From: Macrostomum lignano
Lineage: Eukaryota
NCBI GenBank assembly: GCA_002269645.1
Contig: NIVC01001294.1
Span: 1 to 64,000 of the forward strand
Direction: 5' to 3'
Length of the DNA stretch: 64,000 bases
Under the pieces are notes generated by a model. That model was not told where the DNA came from. It saw nothing but the letters and a program-made list of their open reading frames with translations, and made no database searches. Made by a program: the position numbers and the translations under genes. Shown here piece after piece: positions 11,583 through 23,445 of this stretch (position 1 is the stretch's first letter; each line of letters starts with the position of its first letter).

Positions 11583-14500
11583 TTAGCCTGGTGGGCCTAA
11601 AATGGAATAGGTAAGTCAACTAGACTAGATATACTATATGCTATGCAACAAACTTGCTAGAGCACAGGGGCCTATATATAAGTCAGGACTAGAATACTAT
11701 AGTCATAGAGTATACTAGAGAGTATAATAGAGTATAATAGAGAATTAGAATTGCCAAGCAAACAATGTAAAGCATCTGCATAAAGAAGAGAAAATAACTG
11801 CTGCACCTATTTTTTGCTTAAAATATTAAGCTAGTTAATTAGTAAACAAATGTCAAAGGCAACTTTATTAGCTAAATAGCGATAAAAATAATTTTATTAA
11901 TGCTAGGCCTACACTAGCCTTAATAATGAATCTCTTGAGGTCTACCAAAAAGTAGTGATAATAAAAAGACGATTTAAGTAAGATTGCAGCATAAAAATGA
12001 GCATTTCATATTGGCCTACACAAAAGAAGAAATCGCTGCATGATATTCAATGCACATTGTGAGGAAAATCGAAACTATTTTGTTTTTTTACATGTGTTTC
12101 ATATAAAAATATCGGTCGGAATATCGATAGGAATATCGATCGGAATATCGGTCGGTAAATGTTATACACGTGTCGTTCGCAAATTCTAGGAGGAGCAAAA
12201 ATTTTAACAATTTTCCGAACATTTACTATTGTTACTGCCATATTGAAAATAATAGGACACTTTTATCTGTGAATAAAGATAATTTTTGGGTTAAACTTTA
12301 TCATGCAAAAGTGTTTTTTAATCATCTGGCGGTATTAAGCGATAATTAGCGATGAAAAAATTCAAATTCAATCATTTCACCGATGTTAATTTTTGGTACT
12401 ACAAGATGTCTGTAGCTAAAAAAAAGTTGTTGTTGTGTTGAAACCTTGCTATATTACATTTAAAATTAAAGCTTATATAAATTTAATTTAAGATTTTTTT
12501 AAAGCTCAATAAACTGCACTATAAATGATTTTATAGACGCTTAACTGTACGCCTAGCATTTCCGGTGGGATAGCCTCTTTGCGTCTCACAAAATGTATTT
12601 TTTCAGCTGACGTCTAGAATGTGCGCTTAAAATGATACATTTTGATGCAGATAATTAGAAAAACATGTCTTTTTATCTTTTTGTAAAAAATTGTTATGAA
12701 ATAGAGCACTATTGTTGATAAAAATAATTAAAAGCAACCATGCATCGCAATAAACTCCTACTTTGAAGCACAAAATAAATATCCTGTAACCACACTAGCA
12801 TTCTCCATGGAGCACCTTTTGAGCTGAAATTTTACACAGATATCCAGTAAAGTAAACTGAGCAAATGATTTTTTTTTGTTTTTGAAAATACTTCAATTTG
12901 GCTATGTATCAGTTAGTACATTGGACATATTTATTATATTTTTATTAAAATCCTTGTAACCAAGCTACAGAGAAACATGTGCAAAACTGGACCTTGAAAT
13001 TTGACCTGAATGATCAGCAAATGTGTATCTCGAAATGATTTTTTTTGTTTTCATCAAGTCATTCTATGCTAATTTTTTCTGAAGGTAAAGATACCATATA
13101 TTTAGAGTCAATAGGGGAAGCATTTAGACTTATTCAATAGTCATTAAAATTGCAACTATATTATTATAATATAGTAATAATATTATACATGTATTATATA
13201 GTAATATTAACTTCTAAGATGCCCTTATAAATTTAAGTAAAGACAACAGGCCTTAATTAATTAATCAGCATTTTGAAGAAACTGACCTTATACAGATGGG
13301 CTCCAAGCTAAGAAATGAATGTAGAGCTTATTTCGTGTAAGGTATAAAAATCAATTTATTAAAATATTAAATACTTCTAATAAATTGGTTAAATTAGTTA
13401 TTTACCTTGAATTAATTTAATTTTAATAATTAAATATATAAATTTGTTTCACTTCTTACTGCATTTAAATAGAGTACCTCTCTACTATACTATAGAAGTA
13501 TAGTAAAAGTACATGGTAAAAAAGTATAGTAAAAAATTTTCTTTGGTTTAATCCCAGCTTGCCTCAGTTTTTTAGTCTTAATACGAGCTAGATAGTAAGT
13601 GTTGATTAATTTGCTCCATCACCTTTTGCCACGGAAACAGCACATGTCGGACATGCAACACTCTTCCTGATCCCTGGATTCAAGATGACTGCTTCTGCTT
13701 CTTCAATGCTTGAAAACTGAGCTCATGGAGCTTTAGGTTATGCTGTCAGAGTGCTGCTGCCGGTGCTGTGTGTGTATGTGTGTGTCTTCTGCGGGTAGGT
13801 TCCATGTCCCTCAGTTTAGCCACTGTTGTGGGCTAACTGGAGGAATTGCCGTTGTCGGTGCTGCAGGTGGCACTGCATGGTAGTATTGACGCTGTCAGTG
13901 ACGCTGGCAAAGGCTTGGACGAAGCTAGGTGCCGTCATTGTCAGAAGGACATGCGTGTGCTGCTTAGACCAGTGCGCACATTCGACTGGACTCGTATCTG
14001 GTGCAGTCTGGTGTATTCACTGAGATTGTGTGGATCTGCCTCCTCGCATCACCTCAACCAGGCTCAATTTCTTTTGTAGAATTTTCGTGCGCTGCTTAAC
14101 TGCATCTTGTGCCTGCTGAGTGATGCCAAGAATTGTGCCACACAATAATTTGGCCCATAAACTACTCGTATATTATACATATGTATGCACAGCACACACA
14201 CACGCAGTTCATTCATATTAAATGTACTAGTTAATGGAATTCTCATCTCATGAGCTCTAGTCTATGGACAAACCTGAAATTACTAGAATATCTAGATAGA
14301 TCTAAACTTCTTTGAGCAGCGCGTTGCGCTGCGAGCAAAATACATGTAGATTCTTTAGCGCAACTAATTAATAGTGTAGTACAGTCTACAGCCTGAAGTA
14401 GCCTGTGTAAGATGCGGAGGGATGATTTTTGCATAGGAAGCCACTACGGTAAGGTTGATGGAACTATGGGGAGGTGAGAGATTCAAAGCGAGGGACGGAA

Positions 14501-16779
14501 GCCATGCATAGTTCGATCATAAGTTTGATTATTCCATGAGTCTGGGGATGCATTAACGAGAGGCGGACGAGAGCATAGAAATAAAGCGGGCTAAATATAT
14601 TAATACACAAAATTACATGTACTAGCTAGTAATTTCAGAATGGTCAGCGACTCCTCCGATTTGTATCCGCGACCGCGTGCCCACAAATCCCCCGGCAGAC
14701 CCTGTCGCAGTTGGTGGTTGTGCACAGAATACAATGTTAATTTTCGAGCTTCTCTGCAAAAAATGCGTGATGCACTCAAGATGCGTGCTATAGTCTACTT
14801 CTTTGATTGATGGCTGGGTTTTGCCTTTTCGCTTGTGATCATCAAAAGCTTGGGCGTCATTGCTACTGGTGTTTCAGTGTGCGCATTATGTCTGGTTATC
14901 ATATTATGTGCATGTGCAGTGTCTTTTACCTACATTTTTGTTTGTCTCTGTTTCCTGCATGCTCTTTCGCATTTTTACACCTCGCACACCCTCATTTTTC
15001 TCAATTAACAATTGAAATCTTTTTTTAAAGACTAACTGCTATTTTAGTTAAGCTAGTAGGTTTTTGGTAATTAAATAATTCAATTTTGTCTATTTTCCAA
15101 AAAGTTTCAAAAAATGAATTGATTAAAATAAATTTGAATTATTTTAAGTTAATTGGAGTAAAATGTCTAATAAGTAACTATAATTTTTTATTTTAAGTAC
15201 ATGCAGCTTTGGTATAAGTATTAATGTAATAAGTACTTAAAGTAAAATCAAGCAAGTTATAGTTTTCAGAAATTATGCTACAAATAATCAAATATATACT
15301 AGAATCCGAATTCCTTTATTAAGGAACATGCAGTTGATATTAAATCCACAATGTGCTTTTTGGTGTTCAAGGATAGTTCCCTGACTTTTTCTATTATTAG
15401 TTAGATTTTATTATATTTAATGTAAAAATGAACAATTCTATTCACCGTAAAAATGAACATTCTTTATTTGTCGAATCATCTTGACTTTGAAAAGATACAT
15501 AGTGAAAACTTGATTTTTAATTCAACTTTTCAAGACTTATTTAGACTTCTTAATTCAGTGATTAGTTAAACTGATCGAAGTCCTTTCGAGTGCATGCTAT
15601 AATAATTTCGCACTTTTTCGCACACGATAATTTTAAATGTCTGGGATTTAGAGCAGAGTAACAAAATGCTGTGCTCAAAAACATTTCCTTTGTCAATTTC
15701 TTGTTCTTTTATTTTTGCAAAAGAAATTTAACTGCATATTTAAAATAAAAATAGAAGAAAATTTTATTTTCTCTTTAATATTTTTGTCGTTTATTTTCCG
15801 CAACAAAGAATAACAAATAGCCTTGATTTCTTCTCAATTTCAAGTTTTCTTGTGGTTTTAGTAGCAGCTTCTTACAGAAATTGTCGAAATAATTTTTTTT
15901 GTACGATTATTGGTCGATGTATAAACTTTTTTTGCAATAACAAAAAGTTGTGACCTAGCTTTGAGAACGACCCCGGCGCCATTAAGTTACGAAATAATTT
16001 ATAATACGCGGTTGTTTTTTCGCCGTGTAACGATGTTGATACTAATATGTCATAAGATTATTGCTTTGGTACTTTTTAATTATTGTATTAGTTAATTTTT
16101 TTAACTCTTATGAAAACTGAAAATGACTTCAGCTCTAATCTACTTAGAAATTTAGTTTTACCGAATGTTTCTTAGAAATGGCGTACTTATGAAAACGATC
16201 GCTATTTTACTCCTATACTGACTAGACTCTGTTTTCCGATTTCCATGTAAGGTGTCGGTAACTATTATCTCTGCCTTTGCATCTAAACGTATTATTTATA
16301 ATATTTAACCATTTATCACTTGTCAGCCATGCATCACCATACCGAACTCTCAGAGAGGATGATCACATCGATATCAGTTAATCAAAATTTATAGATCAGA
16401 TTGCGTCGCTTTAAACGAATTAAGTTATACGCAGATGGGCAGTATCCGCCTGCTGACTTCTTCGAGCTAAGAAGGTAGTTGTGGTCGAAGAGGTCGAAGC
16501 TAAATAATTCAAATTGATTCCTCTCCTTTTAGGGAGATTTTTTTAAGTTGTCGAGGACGGGAGAAGGCTGGAATACTTCATGCATGTATAAACACGCACA
16601 AAAGTTAGTAGTACATATTACGGCGTCTGTTCTAACAAAAACTGCAGCCGGGCAATAGGGCAAAAAGGCAAAGGGTATGAAAATAACAAATGCCGTGGAC
16701 AGGCTTGGACATTGTCATTTACATGTAAATGTAATTTAGTGGGAAAAAAACGTCAACAAAAACATAAAATAAAATTTTT

Positions 16780-17860
16780 CTTTCTAGCCAACGCGTTTCG
16801 TCAAACATAAGACGTCGTCAGGGCAAATTCAACTAATCATAATTTTCAGCACCAATATATTTAAGCAAAACAAACTCTACAGTCCAAAGGCAAGTCGAAA
16901 CAGTCCGGTAGAAGTTCAAAAGTGCCAAGTACATAACGAAGGGAGAGAGAAAAATAGGCATGGCTCTGCTCACAGTACTCTTAGCTCACCCCATTGCCAG
17001 CAAGCTGCACATTCAAGTTGGGTTTGTGCATTCTGATATAAGAAGTTTCAATAATCTTAAGCTTATGGTCAAATTTGCACCCATCCAGCACTTTAAAGAG
17101 CTGAATCGGTTCACTGTCACAACATTTTTTACAAGCAAGTAGATGGTCATTAATCGCAGAGCTTTTTAGCCAATGTTCCCTAGCTCTAGTGTGCAGGTGT
17201 CGCTTCGTTTTTCCAATGTAGGAAACGCTCTGATCCTCAGAGCAGCAAAATTGGTAAACAACACCAGCCCTTAGAGCAAGTGGAACAGCTGACTTGAGCC
17301 TGCTAGCATAGCGACCGATCTTTTCAGTGCGAAAAACAATCCTAACGGTGCACTTAAGCCATTTGTTAAATGTTTTCTCAAGTTTTTTCCTGAAGTCAAG
17401 CGAAACGTTACCAAAAATGGGAGAACCAACAGAGCGTCCCAAGAATCTATATCCGATTGCCTGGATCTCACATCGCTGAAAACTTTCTTGGTGACAAACG
17501 CATTGATAATGTGGCTTAGAAAACTGTGAGGGTAACCGTTGGATCTGAGGATTTTAGTCAGGGCACGAACCTCATGGTGGAATAAACTCCAAGAACTGCT
17601 CACCTCGTAGGCTCTGTGATAACAATAAATAAATGTAATTTGTTTACAGCTGACCGGACAAACTTCGCCAATTGGAAGCTGGCGCTCCAAGCCCGAAATT
17701 TGACTGCCATTATTGTTGCCATTCGTGTTGAGTAAAGAAGACCATCGGCTTATTGGTAAAAAAACTTGACGAGCAAATACCGCTCCAGTATATTTGTATT
17801 TCAGTGTACATGTGTATACCTGTTCGGCTGCATGGGTCGCCTTGATGTACATGCACTGGC
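16780..17860 (-). mobile_element. Penelope-like retroelement, 3' fragment (RT C-terminal domain + GIY-YIG endonuclease), frameshifted near 17440
   Basis: HRAYEVSSSWSLFHHEV...NGYP, then GVVYQF...SYIGKTKRHLHTRAREH...ETSYIRMHKPNLNVQ; hammerhead motif downstream. Confidence 0.9.
16787..16824 (-). ncRNA. Minimal hammerhead ribozyme motif of Penelope pseudo-LTR type
   Basis: Minus strand reads GCC-CUGACGA-C-GUC(UUAUGUUU)GAC-GAAA-CGCG-UU-GGC: conserved cores, palindromic stem III (ACGCGU) and a GUU triplet, about 160 bp downstream of a Penelope GIY-YIG ORF. Confidence 0.75.
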
Positions 17861-17934
17861 AGAATCTATAATTTTAGGCACAAATACAGTTTAAATGTAG
17901 CATTTCCTGATACTACTTGACTTTCTTGATCCGT

Positions 17935-20530
17935 CAATGGGCCTGACTTGGTTCGTTCGCTGCTCCACTGAGTTTGGAGGACTGCGTTTTTTGTTGAATA
18001 CCTACAGTAAAATTAGCAGACAATATAACACCAAAATGCATTGCCAGCCAGTCTAGGCGTGAGACAATGTCACAGGGCGCGCTAAGAACCTGGGGGCGAA
18101 CGTAGGCAGCACCGCCGGCAGTGTCCGGGACGCCGGCATCAGCCAACAGACAGTCGACAAAATTCCAAGTGCGCGCCTGTCCTCGCCGGTAGGGTGACTG
18201 CAGCGTCAGCATCAGCAACTCCTGCATCGGTTGTGGGCAGTACGACTCGTCTCGGATGATCATGCATGGCCTGCCAGCTAGGGATTCGCCGATGGCGCAA
18301 CAGTTCGCTGGGACGGGACAGGCCGGCGCGGCGATAGAGTGCCGGATTGGGTGACTCGCTCGTAGCCGATCTTGAAGGCGGCGCACAGCAGGCCAGCGTT
18401 TGCCGCATCGACCTGCTGTTCAAGCGATTCCGTCAGCATCCCCGTCTCGGCGTTATACAACAGGACGGTCTCGATCACCGCGAACAACAACGCTCTCTGG
18501 CGGTCAGGCACGGCCTCGCGCAGACTGCAGGACAGCCCTCACAGAACGGAAGCCAGCCCAGGAAATCCACGGCGACGTCGCAGGTCCTCGCGAACGTCAG
18601 GCACCAGAGGTAGACAAACTGCTGATAGCGCAGAAACCTCGTCACTTGCCTGTCAGCGCCTCGGCAGAAAATAGCAGCCTCAATGTCGTCCGGCACGCAG
18701 AGCACGACGGTCTTCTGCATGTTGACCACCAGGGCCGACACTCGCTGCAATGCTCACTAGCCGGTCCAGCTGGCGCTGGGCGCCCTCGAAGGTCGAGGAC
18801 AGGAGGGCGAGATCGTCGGCGTAGCCAAGCACACTGAGCCACCTCTAAAGATGGCGTTGACTCGCTCGTCGTTGCAACAGAAAGCCGTCGTCATTGGTAG
18901 AAAGAGTGGTTCGCAGCACCGAGTCAATCACCAGACAAAACCTGAACGGCGCTAGCGTATCTCCCAGAAGCACCCCGGAGGATGTCTCAAAGAAGTCTAA
19001 TAGACCGTCCGGTGTTGAAACAGCAGCTTTCGTATCGCGGTACATCGCCATGATGGCGGAGCAAAGCTGCTCTGGCACGTTGTACGCACGGAGCACCTTT
19101 GGGAGCACAGACCTGACGACCGGGTCGAATGCCTTATTGAAGTCTATGAAGATAACAACTCTCAGGATCGATTGGCAGGTGACAGGTCCGCGCCTCCTCA
19201 ATGACTCTAGGAGGTATAGGATCTGTGTCAGTGGTGAAGGTACGATGGGCGCAGTGGTCCATTCGTTCGGTGCCTCCTCACCGAAGAGCACGCGATTCAT
19301 CACTCTGGTGACCTCACTAGCCACTGGATGCGCAGTGCCTCGATGGGCACCTAGTCCGGACCCAGCGCTTTCCCGCCTGGTGACTGTTGGGCGAGAATCA
19401 CAACGTCGGCTGTACTGACTGGTGCTAGGCTGAAGCTCTCCTCTGCCGGAAACGGCATTACCGGCGGCAGCGTCAGACTGTCTGGCAGCAGGGGTGGCGG
19501 CGAGATGACAACGGCGGCAAAGAACTCACACAGCTCGTTCCTGCGCTCGTCCGCAGAGCCACCTGTCAGGTTTAGCCGAATGCGCCGCTTTCGCCCCCTG
19601 CACCGTCAGAGCGTTGATAGCCGACCATGCAGGCCAAGCAAACTCTGGCATCGGGCCCAGCGGTAGAGACGGCTTGAATGGCGTCATCAACAGCAGCCTG
19701 GTGGCGCTGCAGATAGACAGAGCCGCCAAGGCCTCCTCTGCCTCGCGTGTTGGTCGTCTGTTCAAACTAAGCCTCTCCAGCTCTTCCCTCGCTTGCTCCC
19801 GCTTGCTCTTAGCCGCGGTCGCATCAGCGGGACTGCTCGTTCCGCGGCGGTTCGAACTGGCTTGCCGCTGAGCGCAGCGATGAAAGCGCTTGTGCGTATC
19901 GGCGTCCTTGAGCGCGCGGTAGTAAGCACCGCGGTGGCCGCTTTGGCGGACGGTAGAGCGGATTGCAAAGACGAAGGTCGCAGACGAGGAGTCGATGATC
20001 GGACCGCAGAGCCAGTGGCGTGATGGCGCGGCAATTGATGTCGCGGCGGCGCTCGTTGAAGCGCAACAGCACATGATCGAGCTGTTCCTGCCTCCGTGTT
20101 GCGTCCCGGCCACGCGCGTTCCGCCGCCTCCGCTTGCAGCCCACAAAGGTTACGAGCCCGCCCCGTGGCTTGCAGAAGCGGGTGTCGACACCATGTCCTG
20201 CCTCTCTAGGAAGTCCTAGCGCTCCGGTGGTGCCGCTCTCACGCGTTGTCACGAACAGTGGCCGCTCGGACCTCGGACCTACGCAGAACCGCGTTCAGTC
20301 TACAAGGATAATCCCTGTGTCGCCCTGCACCGTTGCCTCTACCCGAACCGAGAGCTGCTCGAAGAAATCTTGAGCCTCATCAGGACGCGTACGCAGGGGG
20401 CGGTGTGGCAGGGGGCGCGTACGTGCAGAACAGGCCAGCGTTCCGGCCGCGAAGCCGGACGTCGACCCGAAGCAGCCGAGGGGACAGAGAGACGCAGCGA
20501 CAGCTCTGCTGCAGCCTCGGTCTGACCAAT
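17935..20530 (-). mobile_element. Degenerate non-LTR retrotransposon (RTE-like) with frameshifts and internal deletions
   Basis: AP-endonuclease tail SDHRLL; RT motifs FIDFNKAFD, SGVLLGDTLAP, LGYADDL (~18810-18830) and VNMQKT. Boundaries approximate. Confidence 0.85.
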
Positions 20531-21544
20531 CAAAATTAGCATATTATTACTCATACAAAATTACAAAATCCGTAACAAAATCTAAAACCTTCGCCAAAAA
20601 CACTTATTTTACGACTCCTAGAAAAATAATTTGAGATCATTTCTGTCTCATTTGCTTCAGTCGAGCATTCGAAGTAGTCAGTATTTAACTTTGCTAAGCT
20701 TAGCTTAGATCGCCTTTGCTAAGATCGAAGATTTTGTAATAACATAAGCATAATAAAATAACAGGTTGGAGGTTGTCGTGTGGCTGCTTAGGTTTTAAAC
20801 CTCGAAGAGTTTGTGTGCATCGGAGGTTTTACCTTAATGCCATACGATCCAATTCGTCATTCAATGAGTTGCTCTGCTGCTCGTTCCTTTCTGCTGTCCT
20901 CCAAGTTCTGCTGTTTCTGTCTTCGTTACTTCTCCCAACCCCTTACTGTACATTCGATGGGTCCTGCTCGGAGGAGAATACAGGAAGTTTGATTTCATTT
21001 GAAAGCCAAAAGCCGATTTCGCCATGGAATAAATGTTTTTTTCAAGTGCAAACAAAGCTGCACGGCCTATAGTCAGTGGGCTTGGCAAACAATCGCACGC
21101 TTCTATACTACTGCATGCATGTATATACATGTACAGCTTCACAGCATTGGAAAGGAATGAAGAACTGCAGATGGCGTATTGATTCTGCATCTCTTTACTG
21201 CATCGATCGATCGGCATTGCTTATTTTATTAACATTCTCACGGCCGCTTTGTTTGCGCACCCGAGTTCGTGCGCGGAACAATTATTTGATTAGCAAAATG
21301 CTGGATTAAGCGAGCTGGTTGCCATGGCAGATGCATCAACAAGGGTTTTTGTTGTCTCAGTGTGCGTGGCGTGGCTTGCCACGAGGACTCAATTAAACAA
21401 GCGCGTGGCAGTTAAGTTGTTGGCAACAAGTCGGGAGCATTGGACACAATGCAAACAGAAGATTGCTTATAAAAGCTTTGAAGGTGCTTAATTGTGCTTC
21501 TGTCTCTTGTTTCTCGGTTTAACACGGAAATTTTGAATGTAAAA

Positions 21545-22706
21545 ATGTCGGCTATCATAGGCCTGCAAGCATACGTTCTCTTGGCTTCTGCGTGCACTAC
21601 TGCCCTGTCGGAAAGTTCGCGTATGTATACTGCTAAAGTTTTTTTACATACTTTTATAATCTGCAAATGTGAAAATTCTACGTGTAACTATTTAACTCAG
21701 AGATATTTAGATATACAGCGTTATATCACGCACACAATTCCCACAGTGTTCACTTCGAAATGGTTGACTTCCGCCGGTACAGTCTCTGCGCTGACTGAGG
21801 CCTCAGGTCATAGCCCCGTGCACTGCGTCATTCAGTGCTATAATGCTGGAGCCTCCGCTTGCTCAGCGGCTTCGTTCCTGCCCAATGAGAAACTCTGTCG
21901 GTTCTCTGCTGAACAAAAAGCCCACTTCAAGTCAACTGGTCCGGTCAGCAGTGTGTACCGCAGGCAGCCGGAAGCTGGAAGCGATGGTAAGCACAACTTC
22001 TGCTTGGAGTTTTCCATGCGAGCTGGAGTCAAATGAGCATTATATTTTTCAATTTCAGCTGACGCAAGCTCCCCACCGGTACAACTCCTCGGACCGTATC
22101 GCGTAATTATGAATCGCTCGAACGGCAGTCTCAGCTTTGCCCGAAGCTGGTCGGAATACGAGACCGGATTTGGTGACGGATCGGACTTTTGGATCGGTAA
22201 GCTGGACGCATTGTGCTGACGCTATCGAACCACCATATAACCCAAGAAGTATGCATGTGTAAAACTGGCACGCTCCTTCAGGTCTTCGGACTATCAATGA
22301 ACTGTGCGGCAGCACGCCAAGACTACTCAGGATGGAAGCTGTCTCTTGGTCAAACGTTTTTTACGCCTCTGAATTCTCTGGCTTCTCGGTGGCGAACGCC
22401 AGCACCAGCTACACCATGACTCTGAGCTCGTATCTTGCAGCCAGATCCAACACCAGTGGCGACTCGCTGACCTATCATAAGGGTATGAAGTTCTCCACCA
22501 TGGATCGAGATAACGACCTGTCTGGCTCATCCTGCTCACAAAGTAGCGGCGGCAACGGCGGCTGGTGGTTCAATAGCTGTTCTATGAGCAACCCCAGTGG
22601 CGTCTACTACACGTCGGCAGTAACCAGCCGCGGGCGCATGTGCTGGCCACACACGGACGGCAACAATGCGCTGAAGAGTATTCGTCTGATGCTGCTGATG
22701 ACTTGA
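21545..22706 (+). CDS. Secreted PAN/apple + fibrinogen C-terminal domain protein (FReD), ~304 aa
   Basis: Exons 21545-21620, 21711-21986, 22059-22196 and 22282-22706 with GT-AG and consistent phase; the first intron is optional because it is in frame. Hydrophobic N-terminus; HCVIQC...CSAASF...LCRFS; NGSLSFARSWSEYETGFG...FWIG; FSTMDRDND; GGWWFNSC. Confidence 0.88.
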
Positions 22707-23445
22707 ACCGGATCGCGTTTGTGGCATCCGATTGATTGCATCGATTAAATAAAGGGAGCACGAGAATCGACCGCAGACGAATTGCCACTTGAGAGATGCC
22801 CCCAATGCTTATAAAGTCTTAGTAGCTAAGGAGACTTAGGGGGACATAGCGACGTTACATTTGTATGTAGCTCGTATTTATAACTCACCGATGTACATGA
22901 ACCGCTCGGCTTCTATATATATATAGAAATGAAAACCTCTCCCACAAGAAAAATGCTTTGATAAGCCGTTATTTACTAGCGTACCGGAACGTTTTGATTA
23001 GGTTAATCGATTTATTAAAATTTACTAAGTGTTGGAGGCTAAATTCATTGAAGAAGAAAACCATGGCGGGAAAATCTCAGCGGGCAAATCTGGACGGGCA
23101 ATTTGTCTGCACGTGACATGCCAGTGGATTAGAGGGATTGGGAATTCGCTAGCTTTGCTCACAATCATCTACTGAATGTCTCACACGCAGTGAGACACTG
23201 CGTGTGTACTGAATATAGTTTATTGATAAAAAGAAATCAGTCACATGATATCTGTTAGAACGACTTTAAGTCCAGTGTTAAGGAAGTTTGGAACAAGCAA
23301 ATTGTTGTTTCAATGATTAAATCTTGACGTGTCCTATAACTCTACTCACACGAGGTATTCTTGAATCAAATGCGACTATGGTACAAAAATTGATGACACG
23401 CATTGACGGTGCTCAACAACAGCAAGCAAGCTTTGTCAGAAAGAA

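Noticed and set aside
13826-14079. GC-rich ORF with ARCRHCQK (BED-finger-like)
   Set aside because: The remaining zinc ligands and splice context could not be established.
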